Below are positions 56,747-64,000 of a stretch of DNA of 64,000 bases, in pieces. The notes beneath the pieces are model-generated. The model did not search any database and was not told the DNA's origin. It saw only the letters and a list, made by a program, of their open reading frames with translations. This DNA comes from an uncultured Pelagibacteraceae bacterium (GTDB taxonomy: Bacteria > Pseudomonadota > Alphaproteobacteria > Pelagibacterales > Pelagibacteraceae), in NCBI GenBank assembly GCA_902582475.1, contig CACHSH010000001.1, forward strand, positions 11,857 through 75,856, read 5' to 3'. The position numbers were made by a program, and so were the translations under genes. The first letter of the stretch is position 1, and the number at the start of each line of letters is the position of its first letter.

Positions 56747-57665
56747 AATTTATTTAGCTGCTCCAAGAGGTTTTTGTGCTGGTGTGGATAGAGCCATAGA
56801 GATAGTAAAAAAAGCTTTAGATAAGTATGGTTCGCCAGTTTATGTAAGGCACGAAATAGTTCATAATAAAAATGTAGTCGAGTCCTTAAAAAAATTAGGT
56901 GCCGTTTTTGTAGAGGAGTTATCCGAAATAAAGGACGCATCTAGACCAGTTATTTTTTCCGCACATGGCGTACCAAAAAAAATACCTGAGGAGGCAAAAT
57001 TAAAAAATATCTTTTATGTTGACGCTACCTGTCCACTTGTTTCAAAAGTACACCGTGAAACAGAGCAATTATTTAAGAGAGGCTTTGATATTGTTCTAAT
57101 TGGACATAAAAACCATCCAGAAGTAATAGGCACAATGGGACAATTACCTGAAGGTTCTATTAAGCTTATCGAAACTGTTCAGGATGTTAAAAATTTAAGT
57201 TTTTCAAAACCAGTTGCTTACGTTACCCAAACAACATTGTCGGTTGATGACACAAAAGAAATTATTGAAGTTTTAAAAAAAAAATATCCAGATATTAAAG
57301 GACCAATTAAAGAAGATATTTGTTACGCTACAACAAATAGACAAATAGCTGTTAAAAAAATTGCTCCAAATTGTGAAATGTTTTTTGTAATAGGTAGTAG
57401 AAATTCATCTAATTCGGCAAGATTGGTTGAGGTAGCCAAAAAATCTGGTTGCAAAAATTCAGAACTAATTTTTTATGGTAAAAAAGCTCCAATAGATAAA
57501 ATAAAAAACTGTAAGACTATCGGTCTTTCGTCTGGTGCTTCAGCGCCTGAAGAATTAGTACAAAATTTTATTTCCGAAATAAAAGAAAATATGAAAGTTT
57601 CGATTGAAGAAATTGTTACTGCAAATGAAAGAGTTGTTTTTAAATTGCCAAAAGAATTAAATTAA
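56730..57665 (+). CDS. ispH: 4-hydroxy-3-methylbut-2-enyl diphosphate reductase
   Basis: PRGFCAGVDRAI, ATCPLV, ICYAT (three cluster Cys), SSNS. Confidence 0.96.
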   Translation: MKNEIKIYLAAPRGFCAGVDRAIEIVKKALDKYGSPVYVRHEIVHNKNVVESLKKLGAVFVEELSEIKDASRPVIFSAHGVPKKIPEEAKLKNIFYVDATCPLVSKVHRETEQLFKRGFDIVLIGHKNHPEVIGTMGQLPEGSIKLIETVQDVKNLSFSKPVAYVTQTTLSVDDTKEIIEVLKKKYPDIKGPIKEDICYATTNRQIAVKKIAPNCEMFFVIGSRNSSNSARLVEVAKKSGCKNSELIFYGKKAPIDKIKNCKTIGLSSGASAPEELVQNFISEIKENMKVSIEEIVTANERVVFKLPKELN

Positions 57666-58634
57666 ATGGCTGTATACACAAAATTAGAAAAAGAAGAGAT
57701 TAATAATATTTTATTAAATTATAAACTAGGCCAACTCAAAAGATTTGAAGGGATAAAGGAAGGCATTGAAAATACAAATTACTCTATTGAAACAGAAAAA
57801 GGTAAATATATTTTAACAATTTATGAGAGAAGGGTTCAAAATAGCGATCTGCCTTTTTTTTCAAGCTTAATGGTTGAACTTAGTAAAAATGGTTTTATTT
57901 CTCCAAAACCTGTAGCAAATAAGAATAATAATTATATATCAGACTTTAATGATAAAAAATTTATGATTGTCAGTTTTTTAGACGGAAAGTCTAAAAGTAG
58001 TTTATCACCTTCTGAATGCAAAATTGTTGGAAACCAAATTGCTAAAATGCATCAAATTACAAAAAATTTTAAATTCACAAGGAAGAATGATTTATCAGTT
58101 AGGTCTTGGAGAAGTATTTTTTCCCAGGTTAAGGACAAGTGTAATAAAATTCATCCTGAACTTCCAAGTTTAATTGAGGCAAATTTATTAAGTATTGAAA
58201 AAGAATGGCCGAAAAACCTACCATCTGGGATTATTCATGCAGATTTATTTAGTGATAATATTTTTTTCAAGAATAATAAGTTTTCTGGATTTATTGATTT
58301 TTATTTTTCGTGTAATGACTTTTATGCTTTTGAAATAGCAATATGCTTTAATGCACTATGCTTTGATGGCATGAAACAAAATTTAAGTTTTAATGTAACG
58401 AAAGCAAAAAAATTAATGGAAGGATATAATGAAGTTAGAAAAATATCAAAAGATGAAAAAATTGCTATTAAGGTTCTTTCTCAAGGTGCTGCTTTAAGAT
58501 TTCTTCTAACGAGAGTTTTTGATTATATTAATACAGTTGATAATGCAGTTGTGAAAATAAAAGATCCAGAAGAATACTTAAAAAGGCTTGAATTTCATAA
58601 AAATGCAAAAAGTTTTGAAGATTATTTGATTTAA
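57666..58634 (+). CDS. thrB: homoserine kinase, type II (APH-fold ThrB)
   Basis: MAVYT.L...EI...L..Y.LG.L..F.GI.EG.ENTNY, IIHADLF.DN. Confidence 0.85.
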   Translation: MAVYTKLEKEEINNILLNYKLGQLKRFEGIKEGIENTNYSIETEKGKYILTIYERRVQNSDLPFFSSLMVELSKNGFISPKPVANKNNNYISDFNDKKFMIVSFLDGKSKSSLSPSECKIVGNQIAKMHQITKNFKFTRKNDLSVRSWRSIFSQVKDKCNKIHPELPSLIEANLLSIEKEWPKNLPSGIIHADLFSDNIFFKNNKFSGFIDFYFSCNDFYAFEIAICFNALCFDGMKQNLSFNVTKAKKLMEGYNEVRKISKDEKIAIKVLSQGAALRFLLTRVFDYINTVDNAVVKIKDPEEYLKRLEFHKNAKSFEDYLI

Positions 58635-58635
58635 T

Positions 58636-59064
58636 ATGAAATACAAAATTTATACTGACGGTGCATGCTCAGGAAATCCAGGTCCTGGTGGATGGGCTGC
58701 GATAATAATAGTAGATGATAAAATCAAAGACGAGATCTCGGGTAGTGAAAAAAACACAACAAATAACAAAATGGAGTTATTAGCACCAATTAGAGCGATA
58801 CAAAAATTTAAAAAAAAATCTGAAATTTTAATTTACACAGACTCTACTTACGTAAAAGATGGAATTACAACTTGGATAAAAAAATGGGAAAAAAATGGGT
58901 GGAAAACTGCTTCAAAGAAACCAGTTAAAAATATCGAATTATGGAAAAAATTAAAAAATTTATCATCAAAACATTCTATAAAATGGATATGGGTAAAGGG
59001 TCACGCTCAAAATAAATACAATAATCTTGTTGATGAAATTGCACAAGGAGCTATAAAAAGATAA
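58636..59064 (+). CDS. rnhA: ribonuclease HI
   Basis: IYTDGACSGNPGPGGWAAI, TNNKMEL, YTDS.YV, WVKGHA....N..VDE.A. Confidence 0.96.
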   Translation: MKYKIYTDGACSGNPGPGGWAAIIIVDDKIKDEISGSEKNTTNNKMELLAPIRAIQKFKKKSEILIYTDSTYVKDGITTWIKKWEKNGWKTASKKPVKNIELWKKLKNLSSKHSIKWIWVKGHAQNKYNNLVDEIAQGAIKR

Positions 59065-59445
59065 ATGATTAAACAAATTCCAAGTGATAAAATTAAAGAC
59101 TTCATAAAAGAAAATCCAAAAAGTGTTTTGCTTGATGTGAGAACAAAAGAAGAGTGGGACCAAATAGGAAGACCCGATGGTGATAAAATAGGAATTAAAA
59201 CATATTTTTTATCATCCCAGTTTCAAGGAAGAATTATTAATGAAAATTTTGTAAAAGAATTTGAAGATTTAAAAATTGATAAAAATACTGAAATTCTAGT
59301 GATGTGTGGATCAGGTAATAGATCTCAAAGAGCAGCGGAACTATTGTCTGAAAAAGGCTTTAAATGCTTAAATGTTTCAGATGGTTTTAGAGGAGATGGT
59401 GAAGGGAAAATAGGCTGGAAAAATAATCAACTTCCAACTAAATAA
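59065..59445 (+). CDS. single-domain rhodanese-like sulfurtransferase
   Basis: LLDVRT..EW, active-site loop CGSGNRS. Confidence 0.8.
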   Translation: MIKQIPSDKIKDFIKENPKSVLLDVRTKEEWDQIGRPDGDKIGIKTYFLSSQFQGRIINENFVKEFEDLKIDKNTEILVMCGSGNRSQRAAELLSEKGFKCLNVSDGFRGDGEGKIGWKNNQLPTK

Positions 59446-59934
59446 TTAAATTCTGTCTAAAAAATTTTCTGCAGCAGACAATTCACAAGTTGCTGTTTCT
59501 TTTTCTTCTTCGATTTTTTTAACAATTCCGTCTTTCAATAACATTGTATATCTGTTTGACCTTATTCCTAAACCTTTTGCTGATTTATCTACTTCAGCCC
59601 CAATAGCTTTAGTAAATTTACAAAAAGGATCTCCCACCATTAATATTTTATTTCCTACGTTTTGATTTTGTCCCCAAGCTTTCATTACGTTTGGATCATT
59701 CACTGCTAAACAAACTATTTTTGTGACACCTTTTTTTTTTGCTAGATCATAGTTTTTTATGTAACCCGGCAAATGAATTGCTGAACAAGTTTTTGTGAAA
59801 GCTCCAGGCATCCCTAAAATTATCGTTTTCCCAGAATTGAATAAATCATTAGTTGAAATTTTTTTTACTTCATTTGAATCGTCCAAATAAAAAAAATCAT
59901 TTTCAGGTAATTTATCACCAGGTTTTATTTTCAT
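59446..59934 (-). CDS. peroxiredoxin (Prx5-like)
   Basis: PGAFTKTCS peroxidatic-Cys motif, 162 aa. Confidence 0.88.
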   Translation of the reverse strand: MKIKPGDKLPENDFFYLDDSNEVKKISTNDLFNSGKTIILGMPGAFTKTCSAIHLPGYIKNYDLAKKKGVTKIVCLAVNDPNVMKAWGQNQNVGNKILMVGDPFCKFTKAIGAEVDKSAKGLGIRSNRYTMLLKDGIVKKIEEEKETATCELSAAENFLDRI

Positions 59935-61307
59935 GATATTTTTCCTAATATATAGCTTTTCACATCGTTTATTTTGTTTTCTAAAATATCATAATTTTCT
60001 TTTTTATCCATTAAATGCGCTATCTGTTTTGGGGTTTCAACTTTCAGTGAAGTTGCCATTTTAATTGTTTCCAAAAATTTATAAGGGTGAGCCGTACCCA
60101 AAATTAAAATTTCAGAACCATCTTTTATATCTTTGGAGGCACCGACTGCAGTTGCTGTATGTGGATCAATAACAAAATCATATTTTTTCGAAAAGTTTTT
60201 TATTATTTCAATAGTTTCTTTGTCATTTATTTTTTTAGCATTGAAATCTTTTTTTATGATGGCAATCTGTTCTTTATTTAGTAAAAATGAACCTTTAGAT
60301 TTTAAATCATTCATAAAGATTGAAACTTGTTTATCATCTTCATTAACCACATCAAAAAGTAGTCTTTCAAAATTACTTGATATTTGAACATCCATACTTG
60401 GGGATAGGGATGGTTTTACTTTAGTCGGTTTATATTCGCCTGTATTTATAACTCTTTCTAAAATATCATTTTCATTAGTGGCTACTATTAATTTTTCAAT
60501 CGGTAACCCCATTTTTTTAGCAACATATCCTGCAAAAACATCCCCGAAATTACCAGTTGGAACTACAAAACTAACTTTTTTATTTTGAAATTTAAAATAA
60601 GAATAAAAGTAATATACAATCTGACAAATTATTCTTGCCCAATTTATAGAATTTACACCTGACATATTAATTTTTTCTCTAAAATTATTTTCGGAAAACA
60701 TTTCTTTGACAAGTTTTTGACAATCATCGAATGTTCCTTTGATAGCAATATTGTAAACATTGCTTGATCCAATAGTTGTCATTATTTTTCTTTGTATATT
60801 TGAAATTTTTTCATGTGGATGCAAAACAAATAAATTAATATTTTTTCTATCATTTAATGCTGCGATTGCTGCTGAACCAGTATCACCAGATGTAGCCACT
60901 ATAATATTTACTTTTTTATTTGAGGAAATATTAAATTCATCATACATGTTTCCTAGAACTTGCATTGCTATATCTTTGAAGGCCAATGTAGGACCATGAT
61001 AAAGTTCTATTAAATTTAAATTTCCAAACTTCTTTAGCTGTACAACCTCATTAGAAGAAAAGTTTTTGTATGATTTTTTAATAATATTTTTTAATTTATT
61101 CTTTTCTAAACTTGATGAGCAAAAATTGAATATTATTTCTGTTGCTAGATCAACATAATTTAAGATACTTAATTTTTTAATCTCTGCTTCATTATACTTT
61201 TTTATTTGGTTTGGAATAAAAAGTCCTCCATCGGGAGCTAAACCTCTAAAAAAAATATCCTTAAAATTGTATTTAAGATTTTTGTTCCTTGTGCTGATGT
61301 ATTCCAC
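59931..61307 (-). CDS. thrC: threonine synthase
   Basis: YISTR, FRGLAPDGGLFIP, PTLAFKD (PLP lysine), SGDTGSAA. GTG start. Confidence 0.95.
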   Translation of the reverse strand: MEYISTRNKNLKYNFKDIFFRGLAPDGGLFIPNQIKKYNEAEIKKLSILNYVDLATEIIFNFCSSSLEKNKLKNIIKKSYKNFSSNEVVQLKKFGNLNLIELYHGPTLAFKDIAMQVLGNMYDEFNISSNKKVNIIVATSGDTGSAAIAALNDRKNINLFVLHPHEKISNIQRKIMTTIGSSNVYNIAIKGTFDDCQKLVKEMFSENNFREKINMSGVNSINWARIICQIVYYFYSYFKFQNKKVSFVVPTGNFGDVFAGYVAKKMGLPIEKLIVATNENDILERVINTGEYKPTKVKPSLSPSMDVQISSNFERLLFDVVNEDDKQVSIFMNDLKSKGSFLLNKEQIAIIKKDFNAKKINDKETIEIIKNFSKKYDFVIDPHTATAVGASKDIKDGSEILILGTAHPYKFLETIKMATSLKVETPKQIAHLMDKKENYDILENKINDVKSYILGKIS

Positions 61308-61480
61308 TAGTTAGATAGCTTTACTTCTTTTTTAAAGTTTTTCTTCCATGATCTATTCAGTAATCCTAAAAGAGAAAGTGAAACTACAATAATTAATAAA
61401 GCCATTTGGCCGCCTGATGTTTCTGAAATACATACGGCGCACATTTTAAGTGTTTCAGGGTTTGAAGTATCAATAATCAT
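61307..61480 (-). CDS. unannotated small membrane protein (57 aa) with N-terminal CxxC
   Basis: Not in the supplied ORF track. MIIDTSNPETLKMCAVCISETSGGQMALLIIVVSLSLLGLLNRSWKKNFKKEVKLSN. Its ATG overlaps the ctaG TGA (ATGA) and its TAG shares 1 nt with the thrC GTG. It fills an otherwise anomalous 170-nt gap. Confidence 0.55.
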   Translation of the reverse strand: MIIDTSNPETLKMCAVCISETSGGQMALLIIVVSLSLLGLLNRSWKKNFKKEVKLSN

Positions 61481-61914
61481 TTTTTAAAATATACAAACTG
61501 AATTATAGCTTCTTTTATATTCTTTGTCACATTTGGGTCAACTAATAAAACTAAGGCATATTTTTCTTTTACTCCTGCTTTTAAAGTTTGTTTCTCGTAG
61601 CAAAAACAGTTCATTTTAGTCATAAAATCTTTGAGTTCAGGGGGGTAAACCTGAAAGGTTGCCATTGCTGAAACACTTTTGCTACCCAAATTTTCTACTG
61701 AATAATTTATTGTTTGTACCTCTCCTGGCTGTAAAATAATATTTGTCTGATCTGACTCAAACTTTAATGGTAAATCTTTATGAACACTTGTTATTAGTTT
61801 GGTTGGAATTTTTTGAGAAATATTTACCTTTTTTTCAACAAACAAAAAATAAAGAATTATTATTAAAGTAATAATACTTATTGATATGAAAAATAATTTT
61901 TTATTTTTAAGCAA
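61477..61914 (-). CDS. ctaG: cytochrome c oxidase assembly protein CtaG/Cox11 (short form)
   Basis: TM anchor plus beta-domain (ILQPGEVQTINYSVENL, CFCYEKQTL.AG....ALV.LVDP). 145 aa versus ~190 typical. Confidence 0.8.
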   Translation of the reverse strand: MLKNKKLFFISISIITLIIILYFLFVEKKVNISQKIPTKLITSVHKDLPLKFESDQTNIILQPGEVQTINYSVENLGSKSVSAMATFQVYPPELKDFMTKMNCFCYEKQTLKAGVKEKYALVLLVDPNVTKNIKEAIIQFVYFKK

Positions 61915-62821
61915 ATTTGTCCACTAAAATTGATATAAAAATTGCAAATAAATATAAAATTGAAAAAGCAAATATTTGTTTGGAAATACTTTTTTCAGAT
62001 TTTTCATCTTTTGTTTTTAAAAGTCTAAAACAAATAAAAATATAATATGCACTTAAAGGAAATGAAAATAGTAAATAGATAACACCCAAGAAATTTAGAA
62101 AATATGGAGCTATTGCTACTGGAAATAATAATATTGAATAGACAAAAATGTTTTTCTTGGTTGTTTCTACACCTGATGTGACGGGCAACATAGGTATGTT
62201 GGCTTTTTTGTAATCTTCAGATTTAAATAGACTTAGAGCCCAAAAATGAGATGGTGTCCAAACGAAAATTATTAAAAATAAAATTATAGGTTCTATTGAA
62301 ATACTCCCTGTAGCTATTGCCCATCCAATTACTGGGGGTAGTGCACCTGCTGCTCCTCCAATTACAATATTTTGTGGGGTCTTTCTCTTAAGCCAAATTG
62401 TATAAACGAAGACATAAAATAAAATTGTCAAAGCAAGTAAAGAGGCAGCCATTAGGTTTGAAAAAAAATATAAGGCCCCGACTGAAACAAAAGAGGATAT
62501 TACTCCAAAAATTAAGGCTTCTTTTTTTGTTAATTTTCCAGTTGGAATGGGTCTTAAACAAGTTCTAGACATTACCTTATCGACATCGGCTTCGTACCAA
62601 CAGTTAAGGGAACCGGCAGCACCAGAGCCTAGGGCAACAGCAGTAATAGATAAAATTGCATATAAGTAATCTACGCTTTTGTATGGTGCAATTAAAAGGC
62701 CAACTACACATGTAAAAATAGCAAGAGACATTACTCTAGGCTTCATTAATTCAAACAAAGCCTTAATATAGTGGATACTATCAAATTTAAATTCTCTAGT
62801 TTTTGTGTTGGTATTTAACAA
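61907..62821 (-). CDS. ctaB: protoheme IX farnesyltransferase (heme o synthase)
   Basis: UbiA-family motifs (N.WYEADVDK.M.RT..RP, IGGAAGALPP.IGW), polytopic. Confidence 0.93.
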   Translation of the reverse strand: MLNTNTKTREFKFDSIHYIKALFELMKPRVMSLAIFTCVVGLLIAPYKSVDYLYAILSITAVALGSGAAGSLNCWYEADVDKVMSRTCLRPIPTGKLTKKEALIFGVISSFVSVGALYFFSNLMAASLLALTILFYVFVYTIWLKRKTPQNIVIGGAAGALPPVIGWAIATGSISIEPIILFLIIFVWTPSHFWALSLFKSEDYKKANIPMLPVTSGVETTKKNIFVYSILLFPVAIAPYFLNFLGVIYLLFSFPLSAYYIFICFRLLKTKDEKSEKSISKQIFAFSILYLFAIFISILVDKFA

Positions 62822-62839
62822 TTGAGATCCTGTTATTAA

Positions 62840-63190
62840 TTATCCGCCCAAGACAAAATAAATAAGTCTTGAAAAAAAAGTGTATTTAGCTTCAGCAACC
62901 ATTAGACCAACAAAACACGCAATTGCTGTCATCGGCCACAATAATACATTCACAAGAGTATATCGTTCCCAAAACAGATGCATAAAGAAAGCCATAATTA
63001 GACCTGCTTTCAGGAACATAAAAAATAATATTAGAGACCATCTTAAAATTCCTTGGAATTGGTACCAGTCAACCATGTAAGAAAAAAAACTCAAAACAAA
63101 TAGGAGGCCCCATATCCAAAGATATATTCCAATCTTGTGTGTTTGTGCTGGTTTCTCTTTATTTTTATCTATTTCTGTTTTTTCATTCAT
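62840..63190 (-). CDS. prokaryotic cytochrome c oxidase subunit IV family protein (CyoD/CtaF-like)
   Basis: 116 aa, three TM segments, LKAGLIMAFFMHL signature. Confidence 0.7.
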   Translation of the reverse strand: MNEKTEIDKNKEKPAQTHKIGIYLWIWGLLFVLSFFSYMVDWYQFQGILRWSLILFFMFLKAGLIMAFFMHLFWERYTLVNVLLWPMTAIACFVGLMVAEAKYTFFSRLIYFVLGG

Positions 63191-63199
63191 TGTAAAACC

Positions 63200-63904
63200 T
63201 TACCAAAGATAGAAGAATGCGAAAATAAAAACCCAAACTAAATCCACAAAATGCCAATAAAGACCTAATATTTCAATTGAAACATAGTCTGATTTCATTG
63301 TTGTAAAAAATCCACGTCTACCTGTATCAAAATCTCCTCTGTAAACTTTTCTGGCAAAAATAAAAAGAAATATTACACCTATTGAGACATGGGTACCATG
63401 AAAACCGGTTATCATGAAAAAGTAAGATCCAAATTGACCGGCACCAAAAGGATTTGACCATGGTCTCACACCCTCATGTATTAGTTTTGACCACTCAAAA
63501 GCTTGCATTCCGACAAAAATTAATCCTCCAATGGCTGTGGCAAGAATGAGATGACCACACATTTTTCTGTTTTTTTCATAACCATACTTTACTGCTAAAG
63601 CCATAGTTCCGCTGCTAGTGATAAGAACAAAAGTCATGATAGCAATCAGAAGTAATGGTACTGGTACTCCCATAAAATCTAACGAGAATACGTGGCTAGT
63701 ATTAGGCCAATCAACAACAGTTGAGCCCCTTCCCTTCATGTAAGAAATTAAAAAACAGCTAAATATAAAAGTATCACTCAATAGGAAAATCCACATCATT
63801 GCTTTACCCCACTGAACACCTTTGAAGGCAGTTTGGTCTGAACCTAAGTCGTTAGGAACACTTTTCCAACCTTTAGGTAGATTATCTAATGATGAGTCTG
63901 ACAT
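63200..63904 (-). CDS. heme-copper oxidase subunit III-family protein
   Basis: FFMITGFHGTHVSIGV and C-terminal LGLYWHFVDLVWVFIF, typical of Cox subunit III. Confidence 0.85.
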   Translation of the reverse strand: MSDSSLDNLPKGWKSVPNDLGSDQTAFKGVQWGKAMMWIFLLSDTFIFSCFLISYMKGRGSTVVDWPNTSHVFSLDFMGVPVPLLLIAIMTFVLITSSGTMALAVKYGYEKNRKMCGHLILATAIGGLIFVGMQAFEWSKLIHEGVRPWSNPFGAGQFGSYFFMITGFHGTHVSIGVIFLFIFARKVYRGDFDTGRRGFFTTMKSDYVSIEILGLYWHFVDLVWVFIFAFFYLW

Positions 63905-63916
63905 AATTAGTTTTCC

Positions 63917-64000
63917 TTAACTTGATAACATTAATCCAAAAAGCACTAACCAAACAGCTAATAAAAAATGCCAGTAAACTGCACAAATATCAATTAAATT
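63917..64000 (-). CDS. C-terminal end of a second heme-copper oxidase subunit III-like protein (5' part outside window)
   Basis: The minus-strand frame translates to ..NLIDICAVYWHFLLAVWLVLFGLMLSS* with a YWHF..VW motif. Only 27 codons are visible. Confidence 0.5.
   Translation of the reverse strand, partial: NLIDICAVYWHFLLAVWLVLFGLMLSS

Noticed and set aside
1-64000. Looked for CRISPR repeats, IS/transposase, integrase, phage genes, toxin-antitoxin pairs, restriction-modification or other defence genes, rRNA, riboswitches and large ncRNAs
   Set aside because: None found. Composition looks uniform. Apart from the two ~126-nt divergent promoter regions, every gap is 80 nt or less or is explained by a tRNA or the 57-codon sORF. 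ccrM is an orphan cell-cycle-type methyltransferase with no adjacent endonuclease.

Overview
Very AT-rich (roughly 30% G+C by eye, not computed) and extremely gene-dense alphaproteobacterial chromosome segment. I count about 70 protein genes plus 2 tRNAs in 64 kb, and most junctions are 0-25 nt or overlapping. The gene order, the streamlining and a retinal-biosynthesis operon are what I would expect from a SAR11/Pelagibacterales genome; this is inference and no database search was possible. Content is almost entirely core housekeeping. It includes yqeY-dnaG-rpoD, carAB, guaC, trxB, uvrB and uvrC, pgsA, ilvE, and a MarR + OmpR/EnvZ-type unit. It also includes lgt, prs-rplY-pth-ychF, cytochrome bc1 (petABC), hemF, greA, cca, ispE, UDG, rnhB, ccrM, mutY and smc. 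The remainder is the F0 ATP synthase operon, crtI-crtB-crtY-blh-ispH (retinal synthesis), thrB, rnhA, thrC, and a heme-copper oxidase accessory cluster (CoxIII-like x2, CoxIV-like, ctaB, ctaG). I found no CRISPR array, transposase, integrase, prophage, toxin-antitoxin pair or recognisable defence gene, and no intergenic space large enough for a riboswitch or large ncRNA. I did not find an unambiguous novel multi-gene system. The best follow-up candidates are these. (1) DnaG and a family-4 UDG have each lost 3 of 4 canonical metal ligands. (2) An unannotated 57-codon CxxC membrane sORF is translationally coupled to a Cox11 homolog that lacks its anchor-proximal Cys. (3) A three-gene unit encodes an ELM1-like protein, a 2OG-Fe(II) oxygenase-like protein and a strongly SD-preceded 63-aa Cys-rich protein. 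(4) An 812-aa SMC has no recognisable hinge. (5) tRNA-Gln lies 5 nt upstream of the cca gene. (6) The F0 ATP synthase operon abuts the retinal operon. All functional calls rest on motif-level recognition by eye and need HMM/BLAST confirmation.
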